40,313 bases of DNA from a virus. Lineage: Duplodnaviria; Caudoviricetes. A program made the translations under genes and the position numbers. The notes beneath the pieces are model-generated. The model searched no databases, had not been told where the DNA came from, and worked only from the letters and a program-made list of their open reading frames with translations. Of the stretch, positions 7,900 to 18,345 are shown one piece after another (position 1 is the first letter of the stretch; every line of letters begins with the position of its first letter). The DNA lies in the IMG/VR virus record IMGVR_UViG_3300021082_000063, positions 1 through 40,313 of that record; one strand, written 5' to 3'.

Positions 7900-10551
7900 A
7901 TGGCTGAGCCGCTTCGCATCACGGTGCCATCATCGACAGCGTCGGCAAATCCATTCGCCGACGTCGCTGGCGGCAGCGTGTTCGCCGATCCAATCGATCT
8001 CGATCAGCGTGGCCGCGATCTGGTGATCAGGACAATCTTCGGCGAAGCCGGTGACAAGGATGAGGCCGGTCGCGCCGCCGTCGCCGCCGTGATCCGAAAT
8101 CGTGTCGCAGCCGGTGGCCGCTACGGTCAGGGCGCTGAAGGCGTGGTGCTGAAGCCGTGGCAATTCGAGCCGTGGAAGCGACCGGATGCGAGAGCGCGGA
8201 TGCTTGGGCTGCGCGAGGACGATCCGAACTACCAGAACATCGCCAAGGTGGTGGACGACATCTTCAAGGGCGTTGTGCAAGACCCGACGCAGGGCGCGAC
8301 GCATTTCTATTCGCCGACGGCGCAGGCGCAGCTGGCTCGCACCGACCGCCGCAAGCTGGTGCCGGATTGGGCGACGGGGACACCGCTCGCCAACATCGGC
8401 GGTCATCTTTTCTACGCACCGGATGAGCCGGGCCGGGGAACGCCCTCGTCCCCCGCTCCGGTTCGGGGCGGCGCTGCGGCTCCCGTTTCGCCAGCGCCGC
8501 CTTCAATCCAGCCCGACGACAAGGTCATGCTGGCGTCGTTGGCGACCAACAAGTTCACGCCCGGCAATCCGTTCGCCTCCGACGCCTCGCCGCCGCAGAC
8601 CGTCGCGCCGCCGACGGTGACGCCGAAGCAGCCGCTGCCGCCTGCGATGCAGACCGGCGACGTCGGGCAAGGCACTGCGTTCGCGACCGGCGTCGAGCAG
8701 GGCGTGACGTTCGGGTTCGGCGACGAGCTGCGCGGCATCGAGGCTGGCCTTGGCGCGTCGGTGCCGGGCGGCACTGGCGAGCGGCTGATGGCGGCGATCA
8801 ACATCGCGAAGCAGGCTTGGGGCAACTACCAGAACAACCCCAACGACGCCGCGATGGCGGCCTACAAGAAAGCCGTCGAGGACGCCCGGCGGCTCTACGC
8901 GCAGTCCAAGCAGCAGTACCCCGGCACCACTCTGGGCGGCGAGCTGCTCGGTGGTGCTGCAGTACCGTTGCCCGGCGGGCCGCTGACCAGCGCCGGACGC
9001 AGCGTGGCGGCCCGTACCGGCAGCGCCGTGTTGCAGGGCGGCCTCTCCGGCGGCCTGACGGGCGTGGGTTCGGCGGAGGGCGACATCTCGCAGCGGGCCA
9101 GCTCTGGGGCTATCGGCGCTGTGGGTGGGGCCGGGATTGGTGCGGTGGTGGCGCGAGCCGCCCCGACGGTCGCCAACTACATCGGCGGCGCGATCATGGA
9201 CGCCGCGCGACCGGCGGCACGGGCCGTCAGGAAGGTCGCCAACCTTGCCATCGATGCCGGGCGCACGGCACCGGGCGGGCGCGTTCTGCCGCATCAGATG
9301 ACGCCGGAGACGATGGTCGCCGATCTGCTCGGCGAGCCGGGGCGCGGCGCGGCGCGGGCCGTCCACAATTTGTCGGACGTCGCCTCCAGCACCATCAAGG
9401 ACGCCACCGAGGTCAGGGCGAGCGGCCAGTACCGTCGGCTGCTCGATTGGCTCGAAAGCAAGTTCGGGCCACTCGGCGACAACGAGATGGCGAAGCTGGC
9501 TGTTCGCGCGGAGCAGGCGCAAGTCACGTCGCCAATGTATCAGGGCGTGATGCAACAATTTCCAAGCGGCGTGATGCCGCCGCGACTGATCGGCTTGATC
9601 GACCAGCATCCGACGTTGAGGAGCGCGGCGGAGGATGCGCTGCGGACCATTCGGGAGAATGCAGCCGTCGCGCAACGTCCCGCGCCGGGCGTGGACAGTC
9701 TTGAGTTCTGGGATCAGGTCAAGCGCAACATCCAAGGCAAGATCGATTTTGCCGTGACGACGCCGGGGACGGGATCGTCCGGCGAGCAGCGTTCGCTGAA
9801 GGAGCTGCAGCGCGTCATCATCAACGAGCTGGACGGTGCGACCGGAGGCCCGCAGGGGCCATACGCGCAGGCGCGGGCGGCGTCGGAGGCGTATTTCAAT
9901 ATCGGAGGGGCGATCAAGGAAGGCCAGCGGTTCATCAAGAGCAACCAGTTCACGACGGCGCAGGCGGAGAACGCCATGCGCGGCATGTCGCCGGACGCGC
10001 AGGAGGCGTTCCGCAAGGCGGCGCTGAGCCAGCTGCTGGACAAGTTCGGCGCGGTGAAGGACAGCCACAATCTTTGGAAGGGCATCAATCACAGTCCCGA
10101 CGCGCAAGCCAAGATGAAGTTCCTGTTCAACAACGATCCGAAAGCGATCCAAGAATTTGAGGCGCTGCAGCACGTCGAAAACCTTCACGAACGTCTGCGC
10201 GAGGCGGTGCGCGGCAACAGCACGACGGTGAAGCAGTATCTCACTGCGGCGGCGCTGGGCGGCACGGGCGTCCCAATCGGATACCTGACCGGCAATATGT
10301 CTCTCGACCCGACCACCGGCAGCGGGGCTGCGGCGTGGAGTGGCGCGGCGCTCGGCGCTCGCCGGTTCGCCAATCAGCGGATGGCTGAACACCTTGCCAC
10401 GCTGCTGGTGTCACGCGATCCAGATATGATCCAGCAGGCGGTGAAGGCGGCGTCGGGGGACGTCAGGATGATGAACCTCCTGCGAACGATGGTGGAGAAC
10501 GCCACAGCAAGAACCGGCGGCGCTCAGCTCGGCAGAAGCATTGGGGACTGA
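7900..10551 (+). CDS. Large ejection protein with N-terminal SleB/Hydrolase_2 cell-wall hydrolase domain
   Basis: RTIFGEA...AVAAVIRNR...QFEPW...DPTQGATHFY...IGGHLFY, then 'TFGFGDEL' and Gly/Ala-rich hydrophobic segments. Confidence 0.85.
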   Translation: MAEPLRITVPSSTASANPFADVAGGSVFADPIDLDQRGRDLVIRTIFGEAGDKDEAGRAAVAAVIRNRVAAGGRYGQGAEGVVLKPWQFEPWKRPDARARMLGLREDDPNYQNIAKVVDDIFKGVVQDPTQGATHFYSPTAQAQLARTDRRKLVPDWATGTPLANIGGHLFYAPDEPGRGTPSSPAPVRGGAAAPVSPAPPSIQPDDKVMLASLATNKFTPGNPFASDASPPQTVAPPTVTPKQPLPPAMQTGDVGQGTAFATGVEQGVTFGFGDELRGIEAGLGASVPGGTGERLMAAINIAKQAWGNYQNNPNDAAMAAYKKAVEDARRLYAQSKQQYPGTTLGGELLGGAAVPLPGGPLTSAGRSVAARTGSAVLQGGLSGGLTGVGSAEGDISQRASSGAIGAVGGAGIGAVVARAAPTVANYIGGAIMDAARPAARAVRKVANLAIDAGRTAPGGRVLPHQMTPETMVADLLGEPGRGAARAVHNLSDVASSTIKDATEVRASGQYRRLLDWLESKFGPLGDNEMAKLAVRAEQAQVTSPMYQGVMQQFPSGVMPPRLIGLIDQHPTLRSAAEDALRTIRENAAVAQRPAPGVDSLEFWDQVKRNIQGKIDFAVTTPGTGSSGEQRSLKELQRVIINELDGATGGPQGPYAQARAASEAYFNIGGAIKEGQRFIKSNQFTTAQAENAMRGMSPDAQEAFRKAALSQLLDKFGAVKDSHNLWKGINHSPDAQAKMKFLFNNDPKAIQEFEALQHVENLHERLREAVRGNSTTVKQYLTAAALGGTGVPIGYLTGNMSLDPTTGSGAAAWSGAALGARRFANQRMAEHLATLLVSRDPDMIQQAVKAASGDVRMMNLLRTMVENATARTGGAQLGRSIGD

Positions 10552-10553
10552 TC

Positions 10554-11519
10554 ATGTCTGGAACGACATCACTCTGCCTGCAGCAACAGTGGCACAACAT
10601 CACGCACGAACCATTGGTCGGCGGGCTGCTCTATTCGTTTCAGGCCGGGACGCTGAACCCGCAGAACGCATTTCGCACGGCTGCGCTGTCAGCCGGATCG
10701 GAATATCCCAACCCGCTGACACTGGATGCGTCTGGCCGCGTCCCGCAGATGTTCTATGCCGACGGCGTGGTGCGTCTGCTGCTGACCGACAAGAGTGGCG
10801 TGGCGCAATTCGACTACGACAACGTCCCGGTGATCGGCAGCAGCGGCGGCGGCGGCTCGGTCGATACCACAGACGTCACCCGGCTGTTCGGCACCGGGGA
10901 CATGAAGATCAGCTACGGCACCGGAGCGATGAGCGGTTTCGTTCGCGGCAACAAGCGCACGGTCGGCAGCGCGACGTCGGGAGCGACGGAGCTGGCCGAC
11001 GCCACCGCGCAGGCGCTGTTCCAGTGGTTCTGGAACCGTGATGCGGCGCTGCCGGTGCTGCCGTCTCGCGGCGCGACGGCTATCGCGGATTGGACAGCCA
11101 ACAAGCAGATCGAGACGCCGGATTTCCGTGGCTACATCATCGGCGGCTTGGACGGCATGGGCAACACGCGAGCCAATCGGCTGGCTGCTGCGGGGTGGGA
11201 CGTTCTTGGTACTGCCCTTGGCGGCATCGAGGCCGCGCCGATCCCGGTCAGCTCGATGCCAAGCCACAACCACGACGTGGAAATCCCAGCCGGTCAGGGG
11301 TCGCACGGGCATCCCGGCAGCACGGGTCCGGTGGTTGCCAACGGTGCGCTGCCAGCCGGTAGCTTCAACCTCGTCGGCCCGGCTCCCGGCAGTGGCCCGC
11401 TGAATATCGCGCAATCCGCGCTCCCGCTGATGACCGGCGTTGCGAAACCCATCGGCGGCAGTCAGCCGTTCAACATCACGCAGCCGACCCGGCTGGTGAC
11501 CGTGTATTTCAGACTGTAG
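10554..11519 (+). CDS. Tail fibre/spike base protein with tail-collar-like domain
   Basis: N-terminal GG.LY...AGT..P...NPLTLDASGR (head-binding-like); collar-type PDFRG...G.D.MG and MPSHNH motifs. Confidence 0.75.
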   Translation: MSGTTSLCLQQQWHNITHEPLVGGLLYSFQAGTLNPQNAFRTAALSAGSEYPNPLTLDASGRVPQMFYADGVVRLLLTDKSGVAQFDYDNVPVIGSSGGGGSVDTTDVTRLFGTGDMKISYGTGAMSGFVRGNKRTVGSATSGATELADATAQALFQWFWNRDAALPVLPSRGATAIADWTANKQIETPDFRGYIIGGLDGMGNTRANRLAAAGWDVLGTALGGIEAAPIPVSSMPSHNHDVEIPAGQGSHGHPGSTGPVVANGALPAGSFNLVGPAPGSGPLNIAQSALPLMTGVAKPIGGSQPFNITQPTRLVTVYFRL

Positions 11520-11527
11520 GGGCGGTC

Positions 11528-11908
11528 ATGTACGACGGCACATTGTCAACACGGAGCAACCGGGCGTCTTGGCAGGACAGCGTGATTGTTCTCGACAACG
11601 ACACCAGCGAGCCGGTCGATATCAGCGCGGCGACCGAAATCACGGTACAGGTCGCGCCGCAGCAACCGGCTGACTACGGCGGCTACGGCAACCAATCGTT
11701 CAGCTCTCCGCTGCTGACTGCGACACTGTCGAACGGTAAGGTGCAGCATATCCAGCTCGGCGTGTTTGCATTTGAGTTTACCAAAGGTGAGATGCGCGGC
11801 GTAGTCGGCGGCATCTACAACGTCGAGATCACGATTGATAAGGACGGCGAGACTGAAAGCCTGATCTTGGGGACGGTCCCGATCAGGGAAGGGGTGGTGA
11901 CGACATGA
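11528..11908 (+). CDS. Tail-associated adaptor-like protein
   Basis: Beta-rich 126 aa with 'PVDISAA' and 'G.YNVEI'; lies between tail genes. Confidence 0.6.
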   Translation: MYDGTLSTRSNRASWQDSVIVLDNDTSEPVDISAATEITVQVAPQQPADYGGYGNQSFSSPLLTATLSNGKVQHIQLGVFAFEFTKGEMRGVVGGIYNVEITIDKDGETESLILGTVPIREGVVTT

Positions 11909-14907
11909 CTGCAATCTTCCCCTCCAGCCGACCTAATATCGGCGTTCGCGTCATCCCCAAAATTCCGGCGACGATGACCGGCGTCGGCGGCATCGGCATC
12001 AGCAAGGAGAACGGCGTCTGGACAATCGAGCCAGCGTGGGACGATCTGCAGCTGATCGCGCCCGGCATCCTGCTCGATCCGACCAGCAAGGAATTGTGGG
12101 TTCGCGATCCGTTGACCGACACCTACTACCGCATGACGCTGGCCGGTCTTGGTCAGGCGATCTTCTGGGGGACGTCAGACACGCCGACGCTGATCGCGGC
12201 TGGGCCAAAGACGATGGTCACGCAGACCGGCAAGGATTGGTTGCCGGGCATGTTCGTGCAGGCGTTCAGCCGTCTGGCCCCGACCAATTTCATGATCGGT
12301 CAGGTGACGGCGTATTCCGGCGGCTCGCTGACCTTCAACGTGCTGGCGGTTGGCGGTGCGGGGACGTTCTCTGATTGGACGATTGTGCAATCGACGCTGC
12401 CCGGCTCCGGTCCTCCCGGCGCGACCGGCGCGGCTGGCGGGCTTGGCTACAATTTTGTGGCGGCGACGTCCGGCGACCCGACCACTGGTCAGATCGGCTT
12501 TAACAACGTGTCGATCCCGGCGATCACCGAGATCAGGATCAGCCACCTCGACAGGATGGGTGTGAACATCCTGCAGGAGATTATGACGTGGGATGACAGC
12601 ACCACCGCATGGGCGCGGGCGAGGATCAAGGTTTCGAGCAGCAGCAACCCCAACAAGTTCGTGATCGCGACGATCACTGGCCCGGTGGTGAACGGTGCGG
12701 CGCACAGCACCTTCCCGGTCGCCTCTCCGAGCGGCGCTACGCTGCCGGACGTCGGCAACTGTCAGGTTGAAGTGTATCGCACTGGCGACGTCGGCGGCCC
12801 CGGCGCTGACGGCTCCGGCTCCGGCGCACGGTACGTCTGGAGCACCTTGCTGACGGCAACCGATCCGACCTTCGGCACGGTCAAGGTGAACAACGCCGCG
12901 CCGCAGCTCGCCACCGAAATCTACATGCACCACATGACCGCAAGCGGTCAGGACGTTGCGCCGATCATTGCGACTTGGGATGACAGCACCCTGTCTCTCA
13001 ATCGCGGGACGATCACCTTCCTGTCGATCACCAATCCGCTGAACTTTCTGGTGATGCAAGTTCGCGGCGGCATCACCAACAATGGCAGCTGGAGTACGAT
13101 CCCGGTTACGAACGTCGCGGGGTTCGGAAACTACGTCGCTGGCGAGGCGTTTCAGGTGACGTTCTCGCGCTCCGGCGACGTCGGTGTCGGCGGCTTCTAC
13201 GTCAGCGACACGCCGCCGGTCGCACCGTCGCAAGGTCAGGCTTGGTTTGAGAGTGACACTGCGAAGGTCTACGTCTGGTACGACGACGGTTCGTCCGGCC
13301 AGTGGGTCGAGGTCGGCAGCACCACGGGCGCTGGCGGCGCTGGCGGCACGGCAACCGACATCATCTTCACGCCGGTCGGCGACATCGCTGCGAACAACGT
13401 GCAGGCGGCTCTCGCCGAGCTGAGCAGCGAGAAGGTCAAGAAATCCGGCGACAGCATGACCGGCTTCCTGACGTTGCACAGCGCACCGGCTCTCGATCTT
13501 CACGCGGCGACCAAGCTGTACGTTGACACCGCCGTCGTCGGTGGAGGTGGTGGCGGCGGCACTGCGCTCGGCACTACGTTCACCCCGGCTGGCAACATCG
13601 CAGCGACCAACGTGCAGGCCGCGCTGGTCGAGGTCGATGCCGAGAAGGTCAAGAAATCCGGCGACACCATGACCGGCGGGTTGATGCTTGACAGCGAAGG
13701 CTGGATTGGTTTCGGCGGCACTACCGGCGACGTCGGGTTCTGGAGCTACGCAGGGGCGGCGGGCGGCGCTGCAATCCGCTGGGGCATCCAGCTTGGCACG
13801 GACCCTGCGTATTCAACCTTCAACATTCAGGCCTTTGACGATGCTGGTGTTGGTGTCACCACTCCCATCAGCATCAATCGTACTAACGGCAGGGTCACGC
13901 TGCTTGGTGCGCCAACTGCACCGCTCCATGCCGCGACCAAGGATTACGTCGATACAAGGCCAATCACTGACACGACGAAGGTGCTGAAGGCCGGAGACAC
14001 CATGTCCGGTCACTTGTTTCTGCCGACCGGCCCGGCTGCGGCCAATGCGGTGCGGAAGGATTACGTTGACGCCGCAGACACCGCGCTGGGTACGGTCGCG
14101 GATGGCAAGGTCGCAAAGACCGGCGGCGTCAACGCCGTCATGTCCGGCGATCTGACGGTGACACGGTCGGGGGCGGCAGCGCCGACGACTGGCACGATCC
14201 TGTTCGGCAACGCCGGAAACAAAACGCTGTCGTTTGACGGCACGACGTTCAGCTTTGTCGGTGGCCCGCTTGCCGCGCCAAGTCTGGCGCTGACCGGCGC
14301 GTTGAGCGCCAGCGGTGCCGCGACGTTCACCGGCACCACCTTCATGGGCAACAACGCCACCGTCCAGAATAGTGCGTCGCCGACGACAGGCAACCTGTAC
14401 TTTGGCAACAGCGGCGGCAAGTACATCTATCTGGACGCCACCTATTTCCAGTTTATAGGCGTCGCCGCAATTATCGCACCGGAGGGCTACAAGCCGGGCG
14501 GCGGTGCTTGGCTCGCCAGCTCTGATGCGCGGATCAAGAACATCGTCAAGGACTACGGGTACGGCCTTGCCGCCGTGGTTGCGCTGCATCCCGTTGTCTA
14601 CACCTACAAGGGCAACGACACGTCGCAACCTCCGGTCACGAGGGAGACTGCGCCGTTCGATGAAAGCATGCATCACGACACTGCGTTGAGCGGCAGGGAA
14701 TTTGCCGGGTTGATCGCGCAGGAGGTTGAGGTCGTGATCCCTGAGATGGTGACGAAGCGCAGCGGCTTCATCGATGGCGAGGCCGTCACCGACATGCGCG
14801 ACCTCGACACCGGCCCGTTGATTTTCGCGCTGATCAATGCGGTGAAGGAGCTGAAGGCCGAGATCGATCTGCTGAAATCTGCCGCCCCCGCCGCAAGGAA
14901 GAGGTGA
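11905..14907 (+). CDS. Tail fibre 1 with C-terminal Peptidase_S74 intramolecular chaperone
   Basis: Repeats K.GD.MTG and HAATK.YVD; C-terminal SDARIKN...L.PV.YTY...GLIAQEVE...LINAVKEL. Confidence 0.88.
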   Translation: MTAIFPSSRPNIGVRVIPKIPATMTGVGGIGISKENGVWTIEPAWDDLQLIAPGILLDPTSKELWVRDPLTDTYYRMTLAGLGQAIFWGTSDTPTLIAAGPKTMVTQTGKDWLPGMFVQAFSRLAPTNFMIGQVTAYSGGSLTFNVLAVGGAGTFSDWTIVQSTLPGSGPPGATGAAGGLGYNFVAATSGDPTTGQIGFNNVSIPAITEIRISHLDRMGVNILQEIMTWDDSTTAWARARIKVSSSSNPNKFVIATITGPVVNGAAHSTFPVASPSGATLPDVGNCQVEVYRTGDVGGPGADGSGSGARYVWSTLLTATDPTFGTVKVNNAAPQLATEIYMHHMTASGQDVAPIIATWDDSTLSLNRGTITFLSITNPLNFLVMQVRGGITNNGSWSTIPVTNVAGFGNYVAGEAFQVTFSRSGDVGVGGFYVSDTPPVAPSQGQAWFESDTAKVYVWYDDGSSGQWVEVGSTTGAGGAGGTATDIIFTPVGDIAANNVQAALAELSSEKVKKSGDSMTGFLTLHSAPALDLHAATKLYVDTAVVGGGGGGGTALGTTFTPAGNIAATNVQAALVEVDAEKVKKSGDTMTGGLMLDSEGWIGFGGTTGDVGFWSYAGAAGGAAIRWGIQLGTDPAYSTFNIQAFDDAGVGVTTPISINRTNGRVTLLGAPTAPLHAATKDYVDTRPITDTTKVLKAGDTMSGHLFLPTGPAAANAVRKDYVDAADTALGTVADGKVAKTGGVNAVMSGDLTVTRSGAAAPTTGTILFGNAGNKTLSFDGTTFSFVGGPLAAPSLALTGALSASGAATFTGTTFMGNNATVQNSASPTTGNLYFGNSGGKYIYLDATYFQFIGVAAIIAPEGYKPGGGAWLASSDARIKNIVKDYGYGLAAVVALHPVVYTYKGNDTSQPPVTRETAPFDESMHHDTALSGREFAGLIAQEVEVVIPEMVTKRSGFIDGEAVTDMRDLDTGPLIFALINAVKELKAEIDLLKSAAPAARKR

Positions 14908-14911
14908 TGCG

Positions 14912-17131
14912 ATGTCTTTGAATTTTCCCGGCCCGCCGCTGACGGTCGGTCAGGTTTTCGATGATTTCCTCTGGGACGGCGAGAAGTGGGTCAGGATCGC
15001 CGACAGCGGTGCTTCCAGCGCCGCCGGAGACATCATCTTTGCGCCAGCCGGTGACATCTCTGGGACGAATGTGCAGGCCGCGCTGGAGGAGCTGGACAAC
15101 GAGAAGGTCGATCTCGACGGCGACGCCATGACAGGCCTGCTGACGTTGTCGGGCGCACCGACCGCTAATCTGCATGCCGCAACCAAAAAGTACGTTGACG
15201 ATCAGATCGCCGCAGCTCTGGCCGGGATGCCGACGGCGACCGGCGTCAGTGGCGGGCCGATCCCGTACAGCTCGGCGCATGCGACGGAGCAGGGATCGGG
15301 GTTCGATCAGATCACGTTCGCAATCGGCACCCTCGCCTTCGGGCAGTGGTACACGCAGTATTCGGTGTTCGTCGATAACGTGAAGGCTGGCGATAATTTC
15401 TTGGTGTTCGCCGCCTGCGAGAACCGCAACGACAGCCCGTGGAACGTCGAGTTCGCGCAGATGCTGACGGCGACGCCCGGTGCCTCCGTGCCCGATCCGC
15501 TGCGCGTCACGGAGGCTGACGGCATCAGGCCCGGTCTAAGTCCAAACCATGCCGTCAGCCCGGTCTATGGCTGGGGTGTCGGTAATTCGACCATCATGCA
15601 TTACGGCGTCGGTGCGCGAACCGAATGGTGGAAGGCCCCGGCGGATTATGCCCGCGTGTATTTCCAGCTGCGGGTCCGCTTCAAGTCGTCGTCTGCGGTG
15701 ACCGGCAACGAGCACTTTTTCACCAACATGGACTTGGCTACCACCGGCTCGCCGCAGGGCGGCATCAAGGTGTTCCATTGGCCGAACGCCAGCTCGATCC
15801 GGCAGGCGTCGTTCGACGCCATCGGCACGATGGCTGGCCGCGCCGCCCACGACGCCAAGCCGTCCGGCTTCCGCTATCTGGTCAACGATGTGGTGCCGAA
15901 TGAGATGTACGAGCGCACCACGGTGACGGCTGGGGTGTGGAGCGGTCCCGTGCTGGTGCTGCCGGGCATCTCAGGCCAGCCCTGCATCGACTATGTGATC
16001 GACAAGACGGGGACCACCAACGTCGATCCCGGCCCCGGCGGGCTGCGCTTCAACGCCGCCAACGCCAATGAGGCGACGCAGCTCTACCTCGACGAGCTGG
16101 ATCGGTACGGCACCAACATCGCTGCCTACCTCGACACCTTCGACGACAGCAACAACACGGTGAAGGGCGTCATCAGCATCAGGCAGGCGAGCTATCCTGA
16201 GAAGCTGCTGGAGTATTCGGTGACCGGGCCAATGAGCGGCACCGGCTATCGCGCGCTCACCGTCCAGCCGCTGGTGTCGAGCGGAGCCAATCCGTTCGTC
16301 AACGGGGATCGCGTCACGCTGGGGTTCCTGCGAACCGGGGATCGCGGCATCGACGGTGTCGGGGCCGACATCACCACCAAGGTCAGCAAGAGCGGAGACA
16401 CCATGTCTGGTGCGCTCCGCATGTCCGATCTTACTGAGCCGACCAAGGGGACGATCCTGTTCGGCAACACGGCTGGCAAATATCTGCACATGGACGGCAC
16501 CGATCTGCATTTTGTCGGCGGTGCCGTGAGGATGGCGAGCGCCTTCGTGCAGGGCGTTGCCGTCACGCCGGGCGACTACCTGAAGCTGTCAACCGGCGGC
16601 TTGGTGCAGGGCGACGTCACGGTGCTGAAGAGCGCAGCGCCCACGACGGGTCAGCTGTTCTTCGGCAACTCCGGCAACAAGTCCATCTTCATGGACGCGA
16701 CGTATTTTCAGTTCCTTGGCATCACGGGCGGCATCATCGCACCGGAGGGCTACAAGAACGTCGGCGGGCCTTGGCTCGGCGTGTCGGACGCGCGCATCAA
16801 GAACGTGGTCGGCGACTACAAGAGCGGCCTCGATGCGGTGACGTCGCTGCGTCCGGTCATCTACACCTACAAAGGCAACGATGCATTTTTTGCCGGAGCC
16901 GCCGCCAGCCCGCACAAGGAGGCGGCGGATGGCGGGAAGAAATACGCCGGGCTGATCGCGCAAGAGATCGAGAAGGTCATGCCGGAGCTGGTGCTGCAGC
17001 GAGACGGCTTCATTGACGGCAAGCCGGTGGCCGACATGCGGGTTCTCGACACCGGCCCGCTGATCTACGCACTGGTCAACGCGATCAAGGAGCTGAAGGA
17101 ACGGGTTGAAGCACTGGAGGACGCGACGTGA
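14912..17131 (+). CDS. Tail fibre 2 with C-terminal Peptidase_S74 chaperone
   Basis: Same NVQAAL/GD.MTG/HAATK modules; C-terminal SDARIKN...GLIAQEIE...LVNAIKEL. Confidence 0.88.
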   Translation: MSLNFPGPPLTVGQVFDDFLWDGEKWVRIADSGASSAAGDIIFAPAGDISGTNVQAALEELDNEKVDLDGDAMTGLLTLSGAPTANLHAATKKYVDDQIAAALAGMPTATGVSGGPIPYSSAHATEQGSGFDQITFAIGTLAFGQWYTQYSVFVDNVKAGDNFLVFAACENRNDSPWNVEFAQMLTATPGASVPDPLRVTEADGIRPGLSPNHAVSPVYGWGVGNSTIMHYGVGARTEWWKAPADYARVYFQLRVRFKSSSAVTGNEHFFTNMDLATTGSPQGGIKVFHWPNASSIRQASFDAIGTMAGRAAHDAKPSGFRYLVNDVVPNEMYERTTVTAGVWSGPVLVLPGISGQPCIDYVIDKTGTTNVDPGPGGLRFNAANANEATQLYLDELDRYGTNIAAYLDTFDDSNNTVKGVISIRQASYPEKLLEYSVTGPMSGTGYRALTVQPLVSSGANPFVNGDRVTLGFLRTGDRGIDGVGADITTKVSKSGDTMSGALRMSDLTEPTKGTILFGNTAGKYLHMDGTDLHFVGGAVRMASAFVQGVAVTPGDYLKLSTGGLVQGDVTVLKSAAPTTGQLFFGNSGNKSIFMDATYFQFLGITGGIIAPEGYKNVGGPWLGVSDARIKNVVGDYKSGLDAVTSLRPVIYTYKGNDAFFAGAAASPHKEAADGGKKYAGLIAQEIEKVMPELVLQRDGFIDGKPVADMRVLDTGPLIYALVNAIKELKERVEALEDAT

Positions 17132-17334
17132 GCGAGTTCACATACAAGTACCACTACGGCACCGAGGATGGCAGCGTCATCCAAGTCCACACCTCCGAGA
17201 AGGTCGCCGCCGGATACCTGTCGCGCGGCCTGCAGGCTGTCAGCCGTGACAAGGACGCCACCAAGTTCAACGAGCTGATGGCGAAGGCCAGCGCGGGCGA
17301 GATCGAGATCGAGAAATACACCAAGCAGCAATGA
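17128..17334 (+). CDS. Hypothetical protein
   Basis: GTG start after GGAGG, coupled to both neighbours. Confidence 0.65.
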   Translation: MSEFTYKYHYGTEDGSVIQVHTSEKVAAGYLSRGLQAVSRDKDATKFNELMAKASAGEIEIEKYTKQQ

Positions 17335-17537
17335 TGATCCAAGCCACGGGCAAGGTCGCTGGCAGCATCGTCGACGGACTGAAGGCGCAGCCGTTAGGCT
17401 TGGCGGTGGTGGTGATCAACGTGGTGGCGCTCTGCCTTGTCGGCTACGCGCTGCACGAGATCAGCGAGCGCACCGAGGCGCGTGACGCGCTGATCACCAA
17501 GCTGGCGCAGGAATGCAAGATGGAGGTGCCAAGATGA
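17331..17537 (+). CDS. Putative holin-like membrane protein
   Basis: 68 aa with one hydrophobic helix (PLGLAVVVINVVALCLVGY), directly before the endolysin. Confidence 0.5.
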   Translation: MMIQATGKVAGSIVDGLKAQPLGLAVVVINVVALCLVGYALHEISERTEARDALITKLAQECKMEVPR

Positions 17538-17986
17538 TGATCCCGGCATGGCTGGAGGTGGCGCGGCGCTGCATCGGCGTCCACGAGGAGCCGGGCGCAG
17601 CCAACAATCCGCAGATCATGCGAGCGCCGGAGATCATCGCCGCGACGTATCCAGAGATGGAGGGCTATTGCGCCTGCTACACTGGCGACGACATTGCGTG
17701 GTGCGGATTGGCGACTGCGTTCTTCGTGACGATGGCTGGCTATCGTCCGGTGTTCGGCAGCGACGACACGCATCGCTTCCTGTGGGCGGCTGCGTGGAGT
17801 GGTTGGGGTGATCAACTGACGACACCGAAGCCGGGCGCGATCATCGTACTCGATCATCACGTCGCGCTGTACGAGCGCACCGAAGGCCTCAACGTCATCC
17901 TGCTCGGCGGCAATCAGTCCGACCAAGTCAAGGAGAGCGCATTTGCCTCGTCCGGCATCAAGGCGATCCGCTGGCCGACAGGCTAA
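17534..17986 (+). CDS. Endolysin, TIGR02594/CHAP-NlpC-like
   Basis: PAWL..A...IGVHEEPG..NNPQI...DD.AWCG...HVALY...LGGNQSDQV; GGAGG RBS before 17534. Confidence 0.85.
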   Translation: MMIPAWLEVARRCIGVHEEPGAANNPQIMRAPEIIAATYPEMEGYCACYTGDDIAWCGLATAFFVTMAGYRPVFGSDDTHRFLWAAAWSGWGDQLTTPKPGAIIVLDHHVALYERTEGLNVILLGGNQSDQVKESAFASSGIKAIRWPTG

Positions 17987-18345
17987 CGCTGGCGCGGCTT
18001 GACGACGATGGTGCCGTCGAATTTTCTCCACCGTGTTATGGTGCGCGGCTTCGCTCCGGCGATTGCACGTCGGCGCTTTTTGTAGACCTTGGCCTTATAG
18101 GAGACGTCCTGCCGGGTCTTGGCTTGGTGGCACCAGACATGCGTCGGCTGCAGATTACTTTCCCGGTTCTCGCCGCCATTGATCAGCGCCACCCGGTGAT
18201 CCGCAGCGTAGTCTTTTGTCTGCATGATCGCGCCGCCGCAGAGCTGACACCATCCGTCATACAGTTCAAACACGCGCACCCTGACGCGATCTGGTATTTT
18301 TGTATCGGGTGTCTTGCCGCGCCACTCAGGGACAGACCTAGCCAC
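17983..18345 (-). CDS. HNH endonuclease
   Basis: CQLCG...DHRVALINGGENRESNLQPTHVWCH. Likely GTG start at 18345 (M-ARSVPEW). Confidence 0.88.
   Translation of the reverse strand: MARSVPEWRGKTPDTKIPDRVRVRVFELYDGWCQLCGGAIMQTKDYAADHRVALINGGENRESNLQPTHVWCHQAKTRQDVSYKAKVYKKRRRAIAGAKPRTITRWRKFDGTIVVKPRQR

Noticed and set aside
8503-10392. Long antisense ORFs (629 aa here; also 30606-32504, 12175-13503, 33472-34848)
   Set aside because: These are shadows of GC-rich coding genes, with no motifs or RBS.
14380-17131. Diversity-generating retroelement (TR/VR) between the similar fibre C-termini
   Set aside because: No reverse transcriptase is present, both copies are coding, and the differences are not adenine-restricted. 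This is ordinary paralogy.
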